64,000 nucleotides of DNA from Octopus vulgaris (lineage: Eukaryota). The notes beneath the pieces are model-generated. The model did no database searches. It was not told the origin of the DNA and saw only the letters and a list, made by a program, of their open reading frames with translations. The DNA is taken from the NCBI GenBank assembly GCA_951406725.2, contig OX597831.1, positions 60,450,001 through 60,514,000 on the forward strand, given 5' to 3'. Below are positions 29,244-40,940 of the stretch, piece after piece (position 1 is the first letter of the stretch; every line of letters starts with the position of its first letter). Position numbers and translations under genes: made by a program.

Positions 29244-29315
29244 GGTGGCTACAAGAATCGAACTCGTATCCATTAGATACAGGTTGAGCGCTCTACCATT
29301 AAGCTAGATTGCACC
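29244..29315 (-). pseudogene. tRNA-like sequence (tRNA pseudogene or repeat-borne Pol III cassette)
   Basis: 72 nt with A box tagcttaatggtagagc and B box gagttcgattc. The acceptor stem pairs only partly (ggtg/cacc) and the anticodon arm does not pair. Confidence 0.6.
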
Positions 29316-29330
29316 CTCACAACAATTACC

Positions 29331-29467
29331 TATTTCTTTACTACCCACAAGGGGCTAGATACAGAGAGGACAAACGGATTAAGTCGATTATATCGACCCC
29401 AGTGCGTAACTGGTACTTATTTCATCGACCCCGAAAGGATGAAAGGCAAAGTCGACCTCGGCGGAAT
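29331..29467 (-). mobile_element. 5'-truncated SINE family B with a 17-bp TSD
   Basis: TSD ccctcacaacaattacc at 29314-29330 and 29468-29484. Confidence 0.88.
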
Positions 29468-32400
29468 CCCTCACAACAATTACCGTCAACTTTGAAGCTA
29501 AATCGTTGTTTTTTTAATGCGATAACGTTTTCTAAATGAACTGTGTATTATGCAGCCAAGTAAGTAAATTTCGAACGCAGTATAACAGTGAAAAGCAGAA
29601 AGTCTGGGTATTCACATTAAATTTCCGTCTTCCAGCAATACGAACAAATCCCCATGAAGTTCTGCCTCAATACTTTACGTACGGTATCAGCATATTCTAT
29701 GGCCATGACACTAAATATTAAGGGATTGTGACAGAATGCATTACATTAGTTAGTTCGATCAGGTCCAAACTACTGTTAACTGCAGCTCCAACATCATCAG
29801 CAACACCAACACCATCGCATGAAAATTGTATTTTTTTACAGCTCTTTTATAATGAGATAGGTTATTGACATCAGTTGCTCGAATAATTGCATCTGTCCTT
29901 TTGAATTGATCATTGCTTAAAGCTTGAACTTTAGTTCAATGTGAAGAACTGGGTTACCAGACAAAAAAAATCTCATAAACCAAATTTATTCCTCCATCAT
30001 TAGCTACATCAGAGGAAAATGTATTATTGATACATTGAACTGATGTCACTAGTTTATAGCCAAGCTTGAGCTCATATGAAAATAATTGCACAACAAATAT
30101 CAATTTTCTCCTGGGTAGAAAAAATCAATTCAAAAATTATTTAGATTGTGAAACATAGAAAACAGTGGGATAGTAAAATGACATAGATATTACATAATTG
30201 TACTACAATAAATACTGTTAGTATTGCATTCGTTTTTGAATGGCCAACATTATTTCATATCTCCCAGATGATTTATTCTGCTCTTGTCGACTGATGGTAT
30301 ATACGATTTTCCAAGAGACAAATTGAAAGCATGCACATATACATAGAGGCATGCATATTTGTATTTATACTGATAGCTATCCAAATATCTGTGAATAACT
30401 GTATGCATATTTTATAAAGGGTAATAAGTAATCTCATCAAAGCCATTTAAGTAATAAATAAATAGTGCCTCTGTATTTGATGTATTGATTGGCTTACTTA
30501 AATATCTTTTTACGATTCAAACGCGCATATTAATATACGAACAAGCCTATATTCACAGTCGCATATATCGTTACAAACATAGACGTACACACAAATACAC
30601 GCACACACACACACATACTCACACACGGCGGACGCTCACATGCACACACATCTACGCATGTGTGTACATATATTGATATGAAACAGAAGCTGCACTCAAA
30701 TACTTTAATCTGATTTTAGAGTCCGATAGCGATTTCCATTCAACTCATGACATTCGTGTGCATGATGTTCTTCAAAAAATGCCTTCACCTTTCTCACCAT
30801 TTTTCTCCAGAAAGTTTTTGCCTTAACACAGAAGCAAATACCATATTATTATTTATATATTCAGCCTTTGATACCGTTGCTCTGTTTTACACATGGATTT
30901 ACTCATATACTAAAATCATACAGATTAAATTACTACTACTTTTCTGAAAATTGTTAGATTTCCTTAATTTCTTCTTTCTAACCACCTTTATTTCTCTCTT
31001 CAAGCTACCGCTACTTATGTTAAATTATTTTTCTATAAATAACTTTTGTAGTTCTCATACCTCTTCATTTAATGGTAATTTATGTCGGATACATCCCATT
31101 ATTGTACATTCCTAGAATACAGGCGTACACCTTTTTCTTGGTTATTAATATCCTCTTCCTTCTCTTCTTTCTTCTTGTACTAGTTTAGTTTTCTTAATTT
31201 CATCTTTTACAACATTCGTTTACTGACTAGACCAGCATAGCAGTTCTGATAACCGCGATGTGCCTGTTGACCGAAACTACCATCTTTCCACCGTCTTCGT
31301 ACGACAACATGATTCTTCTATGCCATAGTTTTCGATTAAGGCTGTAGTAGATATAAAATGTTAAGAAAGGTTAAGAGGGGACACACTGGATTCACAGTGC
31401 GCACTGTACTGAATGGTTCCGAAAAGTGACCATTCGAAACAGGTTTGAAACCTACTACCATGCAAATGGAGAATTCTATTCATATTTAATTACATGGAAA
31501 GATCTTCATTCATAAAAATGTATCAAGGCTTCACCCAAGCCAAGTTTCTTGCCCCAGTTCTCAATGCTCAATTGTATTGAAATATGGTTGTGTACAAATT
31601 TGTTTCGCATGGCCCATATCAGCCCATAACAATTTAGACCTTCAAGAAAAGCGCCAAAACAGAATGCCGTCAAGTGCACACATTACTCTGTTGATCGAGA
31701 AATGAAAATTCTCTCCCCTAACCCGTGCTGCCAGTTGCAGTGGACAACTGCAAAGAAACCCCCAACAACATGGACATGTGACATGTTGCAGCCACAACGC
31801 ATGTCTGCTCATTCTGTGCCATAGCATCCCCAACGCTCTGCTCAACGGGTGTTGACAGCAAATGGAGTGCATGACCAGTAGGGCACATCCCTTCCATAGA
31901 AGCGGAAGAATACACGCTCCAGTTAAGTCGCGCATTTTGTGCCACGGACATAACAACAGGTTAGGACATTATATTCAACAATATTAATTTTGTGATATAT
32001 CCAGAATTGCTGGTTTTCACCTTAGAGATGACTGTCTCGTCCCTCTGAGATTGGACTTTGGCATTGTCCACACTAAAAGAAAAAGTGTGTACTATACCAC
32101 CTCCTTTAACGATGTATTAGAAAATATATAATTTAAGCAACTTAGGGTTTGGCAATGCTAGATCCGAACTGCTGATTTCTTGAGTTATTAATTTCTGGCA
32201 ATGTTTCCAGTAGATCATATCGCTTTAGCCATACTGTGCATATAAAATGTGAGGAAAATAATCCAGTGTGTACCTCCTAAATTGAAACTTCATTTAAAGA
32301 TTCTGAAACAATATACGTAAATATATATTGTACACAACGTATTTTAAAAGATAATTTTAAAACCCTTCAAATTAATTTCAATGCAATTATTGAAATGCAT

Positions 32401-33138
32401 AGGTTTTAATCTGAGATTACAAATAATTATTTTGAAAATATCTGACAAAATTTAATTATCCAAAAGGGATTATAACATAATACATTGATCATGAAGCGAA
32501 TTATGATTTCCATTGAACATTTATTTACGTCATTTCGAATCGTGATTTTACGATAGAATAATGGAGCAATACATTATGGAATAATTTTAAAATAGCTAAA
32601 TTAGATTGGTTTTAAGAGATTTGTTCCTTATAGATGGTGAATGATTCAAACATTTTCTCTGCTTTCCGTATTATCTCTAGAAAGAATCAAATTGAATATT
32701 CACATACAAATTAAATACTCACATTCTCTAATGAGAATCATGCACACAATCTGGCGATAAATTCGAATTTATGATATCAAAATAAACAGCATTACTTTCG
32801 CTGACCTAGCAGAGGACGATATTATTGTTCACTGGAATTTTTCTATCACGCTTGTATTAATTTTGTGACTATTCAATGCTGCAGAAGTATATTAACATCT
32901 CTTTTTAGCGATGCTGGTGCTCACGTAGTACGTCTGTATCTATCTATATAAATATATATCTTATATATCTGTATTTTATTAATTTTGCCTGTACGGATAG
33001 TACACGCTGCAACTAGTGATGGTGTCTTGATCGTACTATCTCTCTCATATTTATTTTACACGTACACACACACATGCATATATATATATATGATTGATTC
33101 TAGTTTCAGCTTATGAGCTGTGGCCATGCTGGGGCACC

Positions 33139-33181
<43 letters not shown>

Positions 33182-33377
33182 TGCATGTACTATTTTAGTT
33201 CAATGGTAGATGTAAGCATACATAATGAAAACATGTACATAGTAGCATATGGATATGTGTGTGTGTAAATATACATGCATAAATATCCCAATACGTATCT
33301 AAGTTCAAATATATATATATATATATATTTATATATGAAAGAATGGAGTTGAACGACGAATTAACAAAATTCATTTA

Positions 33378-33460
33378 TTTTCGACATATGTTTCGAAGGC
33401 TGCATATTCCTAATTGCGAAGGAATAAGGAGTATATTATGCCGCTTCCTCACCAGGAAAA
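33378..33460 (-). ncRNA. Minimal type-I hammerhead motif in the left pLTR (core CUGGUGA, probably inactive)
   Basis: ttttc-CTGGTGA-[long stem II]-GAAA-catatg-TC-gaaaa, with palindromic ACATATGT as stem III. Confidence 0.7.
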
Positions 33461-33746
33461 GCAAGGAACTTATGTCAACATTAAGATGCACAAAAAACTT
33501 TTAGATGACTGCTCACACGGAGCCCAGAGTGAAAATGAGTGTCTCTTTAAAAAATTCCTTTATAAGTAGTGACGTCAAAATGGTTGTATGTAGAAGTATC
33601 TAGAAGATTCTAAAGGTTCAAGGGTTCAAACGGAGTAGGAGAAGAGAGGCATAAGAATAGGAAGGTGAAAGGGTGCAGTTCAAATGAATGGTGAATTTTC
33701 TTTTGTGAGTGAGTGTCTGTGTGTGTGACTGTATATGACGGCATTA

Positions 33747-33785
<39 letters not shown>

Positions 33786-34129
33786 CGTGATTGTGTTTGT
33801 GGATGGGTGGGTATCAGAAAACAGACAGTGTTGAGGTGAACGGTTTGTGTCTGAGTGTTTAAATGTGCTTACTATAGATAGAGGGAAAGCGAGAGAGAAA
33901 GAGGAGGGCGAGGTATAGGGACAAAGGTAACGCATACTCACTGGGTTGAGTAGTAGTTCTTTGAAAGTATAAAAATAATTTTTTGACTATGGGGGTGAAA
34001 TATATATAAAAAAAAAGATTTATATTAATTAAAATTCAAGGGGCTATCTATATTAATCATTATTATATGATTGAAATGTGTGTTTTTGCCAGTGTATGCA
34101 TCTGTAGGACCTCTCGACGATTGTATTTA

Positions 34130-34585
34130 TTAAAGGGAGTTTGGCGAACAAAATATGAAAAATTCGGAATTACAGACGCCGCAATGTTTTCTGCCCTTAT
34201 CAAACGGGAAGGATACCGACAATATGGACCATTCCAGTTTAAAAGTTGTATTGCTGTTCTTCAGACGCCAAACTAATTTACTTAGTCCCGTGCTGTGCTG
34301 TTTTCTCTTATCTCTGAAAGTTGAGTAATGGTTGGATATTCTTTGGGCTAATTTAGAAGAAGTTGCTCCAATGTAGAAGACATCGGTTCCCGAAGAAATT
34401 TTGCACTGGTAAATGGTGTTTCTAATTTTGGAATTTTTGGATAGGAACTTTAATCTGTTGGGGTTAACATCCGATACTAAGACAGAGTTTTTATTGTTAT
34501 GATAGGCGTAAATATTGTTGCTAGCATTGGCCACGATACTATTCATCTTATTATCATTACTATTAAATTTTAATATCGTCGGCAA
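34130..34585 (-). pseudogene. PLE GIY-YIG endonuclease (5'-truncated ORF remnant)
   Basis: TIYQC...FYIGAT...QRISNH...STGLSKLVW...LEWSIL...CGVCNSE are typical Penelope EN motifs. Confidence 0.85.
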
Positions 34586-35346
34586 TTTCTCTGACTATAG
34601 GAATGCTGGGACTGTTATCATCAATAATACAACTGTTATTAGAAATTCTGTTATTATTACCACTAACACCACCACTGTTAATAATCTGACTAATATTATT
34701 ATCATTTTTACTATTGTTAACGCCAGTGCTGCTATGAATGTTGCTAATATCAGTACTGTTTATAGTGATTAATATAGATAGCCCCTTGAATTTTAATTAA
34801 TATAAACCTTTTTTTATATATATTTCACCCCCATAGTCAAAAATGTCTTTTTAATATTTCAAAGAACTACTACTCAACCCAGTGAGTATGCGTTACCTTT
34901 GTCCCTATACCTCGCCCTCCTCTTTCTCTATCTCTTTCCCTCTATCTATAGTAAGCACATTTAAACACACAGACACAAACCGTTCACCTCAACACTGTCT
35001 GTTTTCTGACATCCACCCATCCACAAACACAATCACGCACACACATACACACACACACATTAATGCCGCCATATACAGTCACACACACAGACACTCACTC
35101 ACAAAAGAAAATTCACCATTCATTTGAACTGCACCCTTTCACCTTCCTATTCTTATGCCTCTCTTCTCCTACTTCGTTTGAACCCTTGAACCTTTAGAAC
35201 ATTCTAGATATTTCTACATACAACCATTTTGACGTCACTCCTTATAAAAGAATTTTTTAAAGAGACACTCATTTTCACTCTGGGCTCCGTGTGAGCAGTC
35301 ATCTAAAAGTCTTTTGTGCATCTTGATGTTGACATAAGTTCCTTGC

Positions 35347-35429
35347 TTTTCCTGGTAAGGAAGCGGCATAATATACTCCTTATTCCTTCGCAATTAGGAA
35401 TATGCAGCCTTCGAAACATATGTCGAAAA
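35347..35429 (+). ncRNA. Minimal hammerhead motif in the right pLTR (core CUGGUAA, further mutated)
   Basis: Inverted copy of 33378-33460. Confidence 0.6.
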
Positions 35430-35609
35430 TAAATGAATTTTGTTAATTCGTCGTTCAACTCCATTCTTTCATATATTTATAATTTTAAAAAAAACATGCA
35501 AATTTCCACACGAAAGCACGTAACTTCAGACGTGCCTTCTCTGATGTGAATTTGCTACCCAGGTATCGGTTAACCAAATAATCCATAACAAGATAATTCA
35601 TTCAACTAC

Positions 35610-35659
<50 letters not shown>

Positions 35660-36619
35660 CTAGGCACATCTATTTTTGTGCACTGATATATCAACGGGAA
35701 TATATGTAGTTAACCAAATCCTAATATGCCCGCTTTTGGAAACTGTAGAAAAATAATTAAGACTTCTTTTAGAAGTGGAAGTGTCAGATATACAGTCAAA
35801 TCTTTGCACCGATGTTCTCACACATCAACATATTTTCAAGTAGCCATGAAAGTTTCCAAGTGGCACACATTTTGTAGGAAGGGATTAATCGATTAAATCG
35901 AGACCAATGTTCTAAGGATTTCGCCACCTTGTTATTAAGTGTAATCGAAGGGCACAAAATTCAATATACTCAAACGAGGGACGGGTCCCAAGAAAGGTAT
36001 TACAGAAAAGTAAATCACTACCACAAACTGAAATCAAGTCTAATAATTTTAGGGAATGCATCAACAACTTAGCTGAATAGTTTATACAATGTAGCTTCAA
36101 TGCCATCTACTGGGGCTTATAAGAAATTCAGTTTATGTAAGAATCAGGAAAATGTGTCACCGACAACAAAATGTTTTTCTGTCAAAAAAAGCAAGTGGTT
36201 GAAGGCACATCCAGCTTTTATTATCCTATAAAACTGGTATAGCTGGCGTGCAAAAATATTCAAACATAAACAAAGATTGAAGGATAGTAAAATACGACAA
36301 AAATAACAAGACACTCTAACTCGTAATGAAAGATGTGGAGAAAATACAACAATGAAGTAGGAAACATTAAAGGTATTGCAAATGAGTATCATGTACAACC
36401 GACAATGGTAGCCAGAATCCACAAAGTTAAAGTCTTAGAACCTTAAGCCTTTGAAACATAAACGACAACGAATCCCTCAACTCCTGCAATATTTACTTCT
36501 CATGCATGATGTTGATGCTGACTAACCACAAATCCATCGGTTGTAGCCGAAATCGATATTAAAATCTGAAATTGAAGCATTCTTCCTTGCTGTCCAATAG
36601 ATTCTCTCTTTCTCTTTCT

Positions 36620-36815
36620 CTTTTTCTTGTTTCAGTCATTTGACTGCGGTCATGCTGGAGCACCGCCTTTAGTCGAGCATATCGACCCCGGGACTTATTC
36701 TTTGAAATCCCAGTACTTATTCTATCGGTCACTTTTGCCGAACCGCTTAGTGACAGGGATGTAAACACACCAGCACCGGCTTTCAAGAAATGCTAGGGGG
36801 ACAAACACAGACATA

Positions 36816-36885
<70 letters not shown>

Positions 36886-37050
36886 TACGACAGGCTTCTT
36901 TCAGTTTCCGTCTACCAAATCCACTCACAAGGCATTGGTCGGCCCGGGGTTATAGCAGAAGGCACTTGCCCAAGATGCCACTCAGTGGGACTGAACCCGG
37001 AACCATGTGGTTGGTTAGCAAACTACTTACCACACAGCCACTCCTGCCCC
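36620..37050 (-). mobile_element. SINE family A, near full length
   Basis: Complete head (ggggcaggagtggctgtgtggtaag...gggttcagtccc), core, internal microsatellite and tail. Confidence 0.9.
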
Positions 37051-38267
37051 CATATATAAAATAATTACAACATTTCAAAAACCAAGCAAACAACTTTAAA
37101 ATGGAGATCAACAATAATACGGAATCGGTGATGAACATGTCGAGACAAAAGACCGTAGAGTTACAGATTGTTCCATTTAAACTTTAACTGATAATAAGGT
37201 TAGGCAACATCGGTTGGTCTCTACATTCACTGCACATCATGCAGTGAAATGCTTTCATTACTATATTACAATATCTGCCCAAGGCATCTGATCGATACCA
37301 GACGGATATTGTTAAATCAGTAGATATCGAAAGACAATAAAGACAGCAATATCAACAGCAAAAACAACAACACAAGTAATAATATATCTGCAGATGATGA
37401 TGATGATGATGATGATGATGGCGACGACGACGATGGTGTATTTGGTGTAAATGGAATTTATTTGCTAATCCAATTATGGCTCCGCTTGGCTAGTGATGTT
37501 AGATGCAAGAAAAATTGTATTTAAATGTCTTGTTTATTTTCTTTCACAAATACGGAACGTCTACCACATGCCGTCATCAGACAAACAAAACAATTATTGC
37601 TGTCTTTGTTACTATTACTAACAAAGACAGCTAAATCAGATTTGCTAATCAGAGCGGGTGCTTGCGACAAAATGAAGGAAATAATATACATTTACGTGAC
37701 CATTTAAATGGAAAAAATATCATATTCAAATACTTCCGATGGTAGCGATAATATTACAAGCAACACAATTTTCGGAGCAGTAGTATTAAAGGAGCTAGAT
37801 TAGTGGTAGAAAAGTTTCAAACTTAACAAAGTTATACAAAACCAAATGACTAGGAGACTTGTATGACATCAGAAAGTACGTCTTAGTTCTTGTATATTAT
37901 CCAAGAGATGGAAAGGAATAAATATCGTACCTAAAATTTATGTATGTTGAGTGAGTGATTGAAATTTGCATAGAAAAATATGTTAGAAAATGCAATGCAG
38001 AAAATATCTAAAGACGTAAAGATAATTGTGCACATGAGAAGTATATTATCGCATATATTTCACTTCAAAATATAATATAGGTGTAAGTTTTGTTTTTACG
38101 AGTGATTGGCTGCATTGAAAGACCGTTGACGTTCACTTAGATATATATTGTTGCATATCAATGTTTACCTATTTTCATGGTTTTTCTATAGTTTACTGGA
38201 CGGTAGCGATTCACCAGTAGAAGGATAATTAATTTTTCGACAGCTGAATATATATGTATGAGTCTGA

Positions 38268-38316
<49 letters not shown>

Positions 38317-38319
<3 letters not shown>

Positions 38320-38476
38320 GACGGGCTTCTTTCAGTTTACGTCTACGAAATCCACTCCAAAGGCTATGGACGGCCTGAGGCTATAGTAGAAGATACCTGC
38401 CGAATGTGCCACGCAGTGGAACCGATCCCGGAAACATACGGTTGGGAAGCAACCTTCTTACCTTACCCCCACACAG
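38317..38476 (-). mobile_element. SINE family A, 5' half
   Basis: tacgacgggcttctttcagttt...tgccacgcagtggaac. Confidence 0.75.
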
Positions 38477-38666
38477 ATATATATAATCAATTAAATTAAT
38501 ACACCTCATTAAAGGACCATACATCCAATGAAAATATAGGTTAGTTACCAATATATAGAAAGTTCAACTATAAGGTAACCATATGAATCATGGTTCATAT
38601 GTTTAAAGAATAAGAAGAAAATGGATAGAGAATTAATAAAAATATTTATCAGTTAAAAAATATGAC

Positions 38667-38740
38667 ATCTCTGACAGATGTTTCCAGTCAGAAATCTTTA
38701 TAAAATTAAATTCATTGCAAGATGAATCTCTTCAGAGATA
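38667..38740 (-). ncRNA. Minimal hammerhead remnant in a PLE pLTR
   Basis: tct-CTGAAGA-[degenerate stem II]-GAAA-catctg-TC-aga. Confidence 0.5.
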
Positions 38741-39289
38741 GTATAGATATACCTATTAGAAATACATGTTGAGATAACGGCTATAAACCGTTAACTGATA
38801 ATATATATACAAAAAGAGCCGGTTATAGAAGGCCTCAATCCATCGTAGGGGAAGAAGGTAGTGTATACTTTTTCATCTTAAATAAAGAAAAGAAGAGATT
38901 AATATAATATCAAAGGGTATTGAGAAGGTGAAGTAGAAAAAAGAAAAAAAAAGAAGCAGAAAAATGCATGTATGTATAAATATATAATAATGCCACTTAA
39001 TATTTTACTCCTTTATAATACTAGAATACAAAAAAAATCAATTTATAAAAGTTAAGACAAGTAGAAACAAACAGTAGCAAATATGTATCAACCGAAGTTA
39101 TCAGAAAGGGATAAATAATTTTTAAATATATTTGTTTTTTATATTTTAGTAGGGCAAAGGACATTAACAACAAGGAGGACTTACTTGTTCAATCAGACAT
39201 TAAGAAGATTAACGATGAAACATTAAAAACATCTTCAATCAGATATTAACAACACGTAAGGTCTACATTTTCAATCAGATAAAACTGGC

Positions 39290-40110
39290 CACCTGTATCC
39301 TTCAAGCTAGGATTATTACCGAAAATTAGCTAGAAAAGAAATAGAAAAAATATATAAGACTACTGGTAAAAATGTTATTTGAAAAACTTGGAAGCTAAGA
39401 AAATTATGAGAAATACAATTTACAAATGAGGACTGATCCTTAAAATCCAAAAGGCAACCCCTTTATTAAGGATGACAGAATTAATAGAATAATTATAATT
39501 AACATATCAAACTGGATAAATTTAGTGTTTAGTTTATAAACAAAAGAATTGAGATATTCTACTATCTGGAGTGATTTATACCATAAATGAAGTTTAAGTG
39601 TTTTCTTTAAAAAAGGGAATGTACTTATCAATAATACTTTTGCTAAGTATAGCGATACCCGCGTGTTCGGTTATTGAAGATGGTTCGCGCATAATAAATC
39701 TGGCCTCACCCAAGATGAAATGAATGTAGTTTTAGTGGCTAGAAAATCTATTGTTAAATTTGATAATAAATTCTAAGCCATTGCTTTGATATAACAATAG
39801 GAGCAGACGATTCCGCCCAGATCTCTGATCTCATCGGTATTTATATTCTATCCGAAATGGCTGATCAATTCCCGTGCATCTTCGGTGGATTATATCGCGA
39901 CTATGTCCTTCTTTACCTACAAAATGTCTCTAATCAAAACTTACAAAGTGTTAAAGATAATCTAGTAACATCCTTTAGTAATATCAACTTAAGTATTACT
40001 TTTCATGGCGAAAGAACAAAAGTTGATTTCTTTGATTTCTTTGATTTTATACTCAAATTAAACATACCTATACGATAAACCTTCAGCCAATTTAAAGTAC
40101 ATCCAAATGC
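39290..40110 (+). mobile_element. Penelope-like RT fragment
   Basis: GGLYRDYVL (GLYRDDGL-like) ... LSITFHGERTKVDFFD in ORF 39857-40078. Confidence 0.75.
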
Positions 40111-40119
40111 ATAGTTTAG

Positions 40120-40940
40120 GATCGCTTCAAAAAAGATGTCAAACAGAGTGGGGACAAACACACTGCCCTGCTTCCCGTTACTGCATACTTTGAACGCCTA
40201 CAAATAAGAGTCACCATATTGAACGACACCTTACATATCCGCATGAAACTATTGGAATTTCCTGAGAATTCTTGGAAGACAGCGAATCTTGTCACTTATT
40301 TTGAGCAGACCGCCTCTCTAACAAGGTATTAGGCCTTCATGATGTAGTTTCGTTGCCTTTGCTCTCAGAACTACTCCTATAATTGTCGAAAAGAGAAGAC
40401 CGTGAATATGGAGGAGTGTTGTAATTGCAAGTCATACATTCTTCGAAACTTAACGATGTCAAATGAGATGTGGATTCCATTTCATATTTTTGGGGAGCTC
40501 CTCGCTGATTTCAATGCTTGCAGTTTTGACCCGGGTGATTGGCGTTTGGTCACCAACAGGCCAACTCGGTTAACTTCTATGGGCGTATCAAGCTCATTCG
40601 TTTTCGACTCAGATCAGGTGGCATTTCTCACCTCCTTCTAAAAATTCAGTGTGAAGCAATGAATGGTGCCCCTGAGAAGGTCCCACCTCTGTTGAACATT
40701 ACATTTCGGGGGTCTGTAACGACGGTACCCTCCTTTTACTTGAGGGATGAATCAGCCTTAGCTGATTCCAGGGTTACAGTAGCAATGATACGTTGCATGC
40801 TGCAGTATACCAGCATTCAGTGGAGTTTGAAACTGCAGCAAACCAAGCGCTGATCTGTGTCACAGTCAGCGCTGTTAAAGGATCGAGTCAAGAGCACATT
40901 CGCCTGCTGGTTGTGTGTTGTGAGGATTAGATCTAGCTAG
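40120..40940 (-). mobile_element. RTE-clade LINE fragments (APE endonuclease end plus RT), internally deleted
   Basis: Minus strand reads LDLILTT...VLLTRSFNSADCDTDQRLVCC (about 40.85-40.94 kb), and KQGSVFVPTLFDIFF near 40.15 kb. Confidence 0.75.

Larger units (their letters stand above)
33331..35608. mobile_element. Penelope-like element with inverted pLTRs of about 0.72 kb
   Basis: Arms 33331-34059 and 34766-35476 are near-identical inverted repeats enclosing a GIY-YIG ORF. The right arm extends to about 35608. Inserted in (TA)n. Confidence 0.9.

Noticed and set aside
29244-29315. Functional tRNA gene
   Set aside because: The anticodon stem does not pair and the acceptor stem is only partial, so it is kept only as tRNA-like.
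31400-32050. GC-richer, Cys/His-rich stretch resembling an exon or LINE ORF1 zinc knuckles
   Set aside because: Stops interrupt the candidate frames and no complete motif is recoverable by eye; needs a translated search.
33744-35127. Mirror-image ORFs MSMRYLCPYTSP...
   Set aside because: A by-product of the inverted pLTRs; they run into (CA)n.
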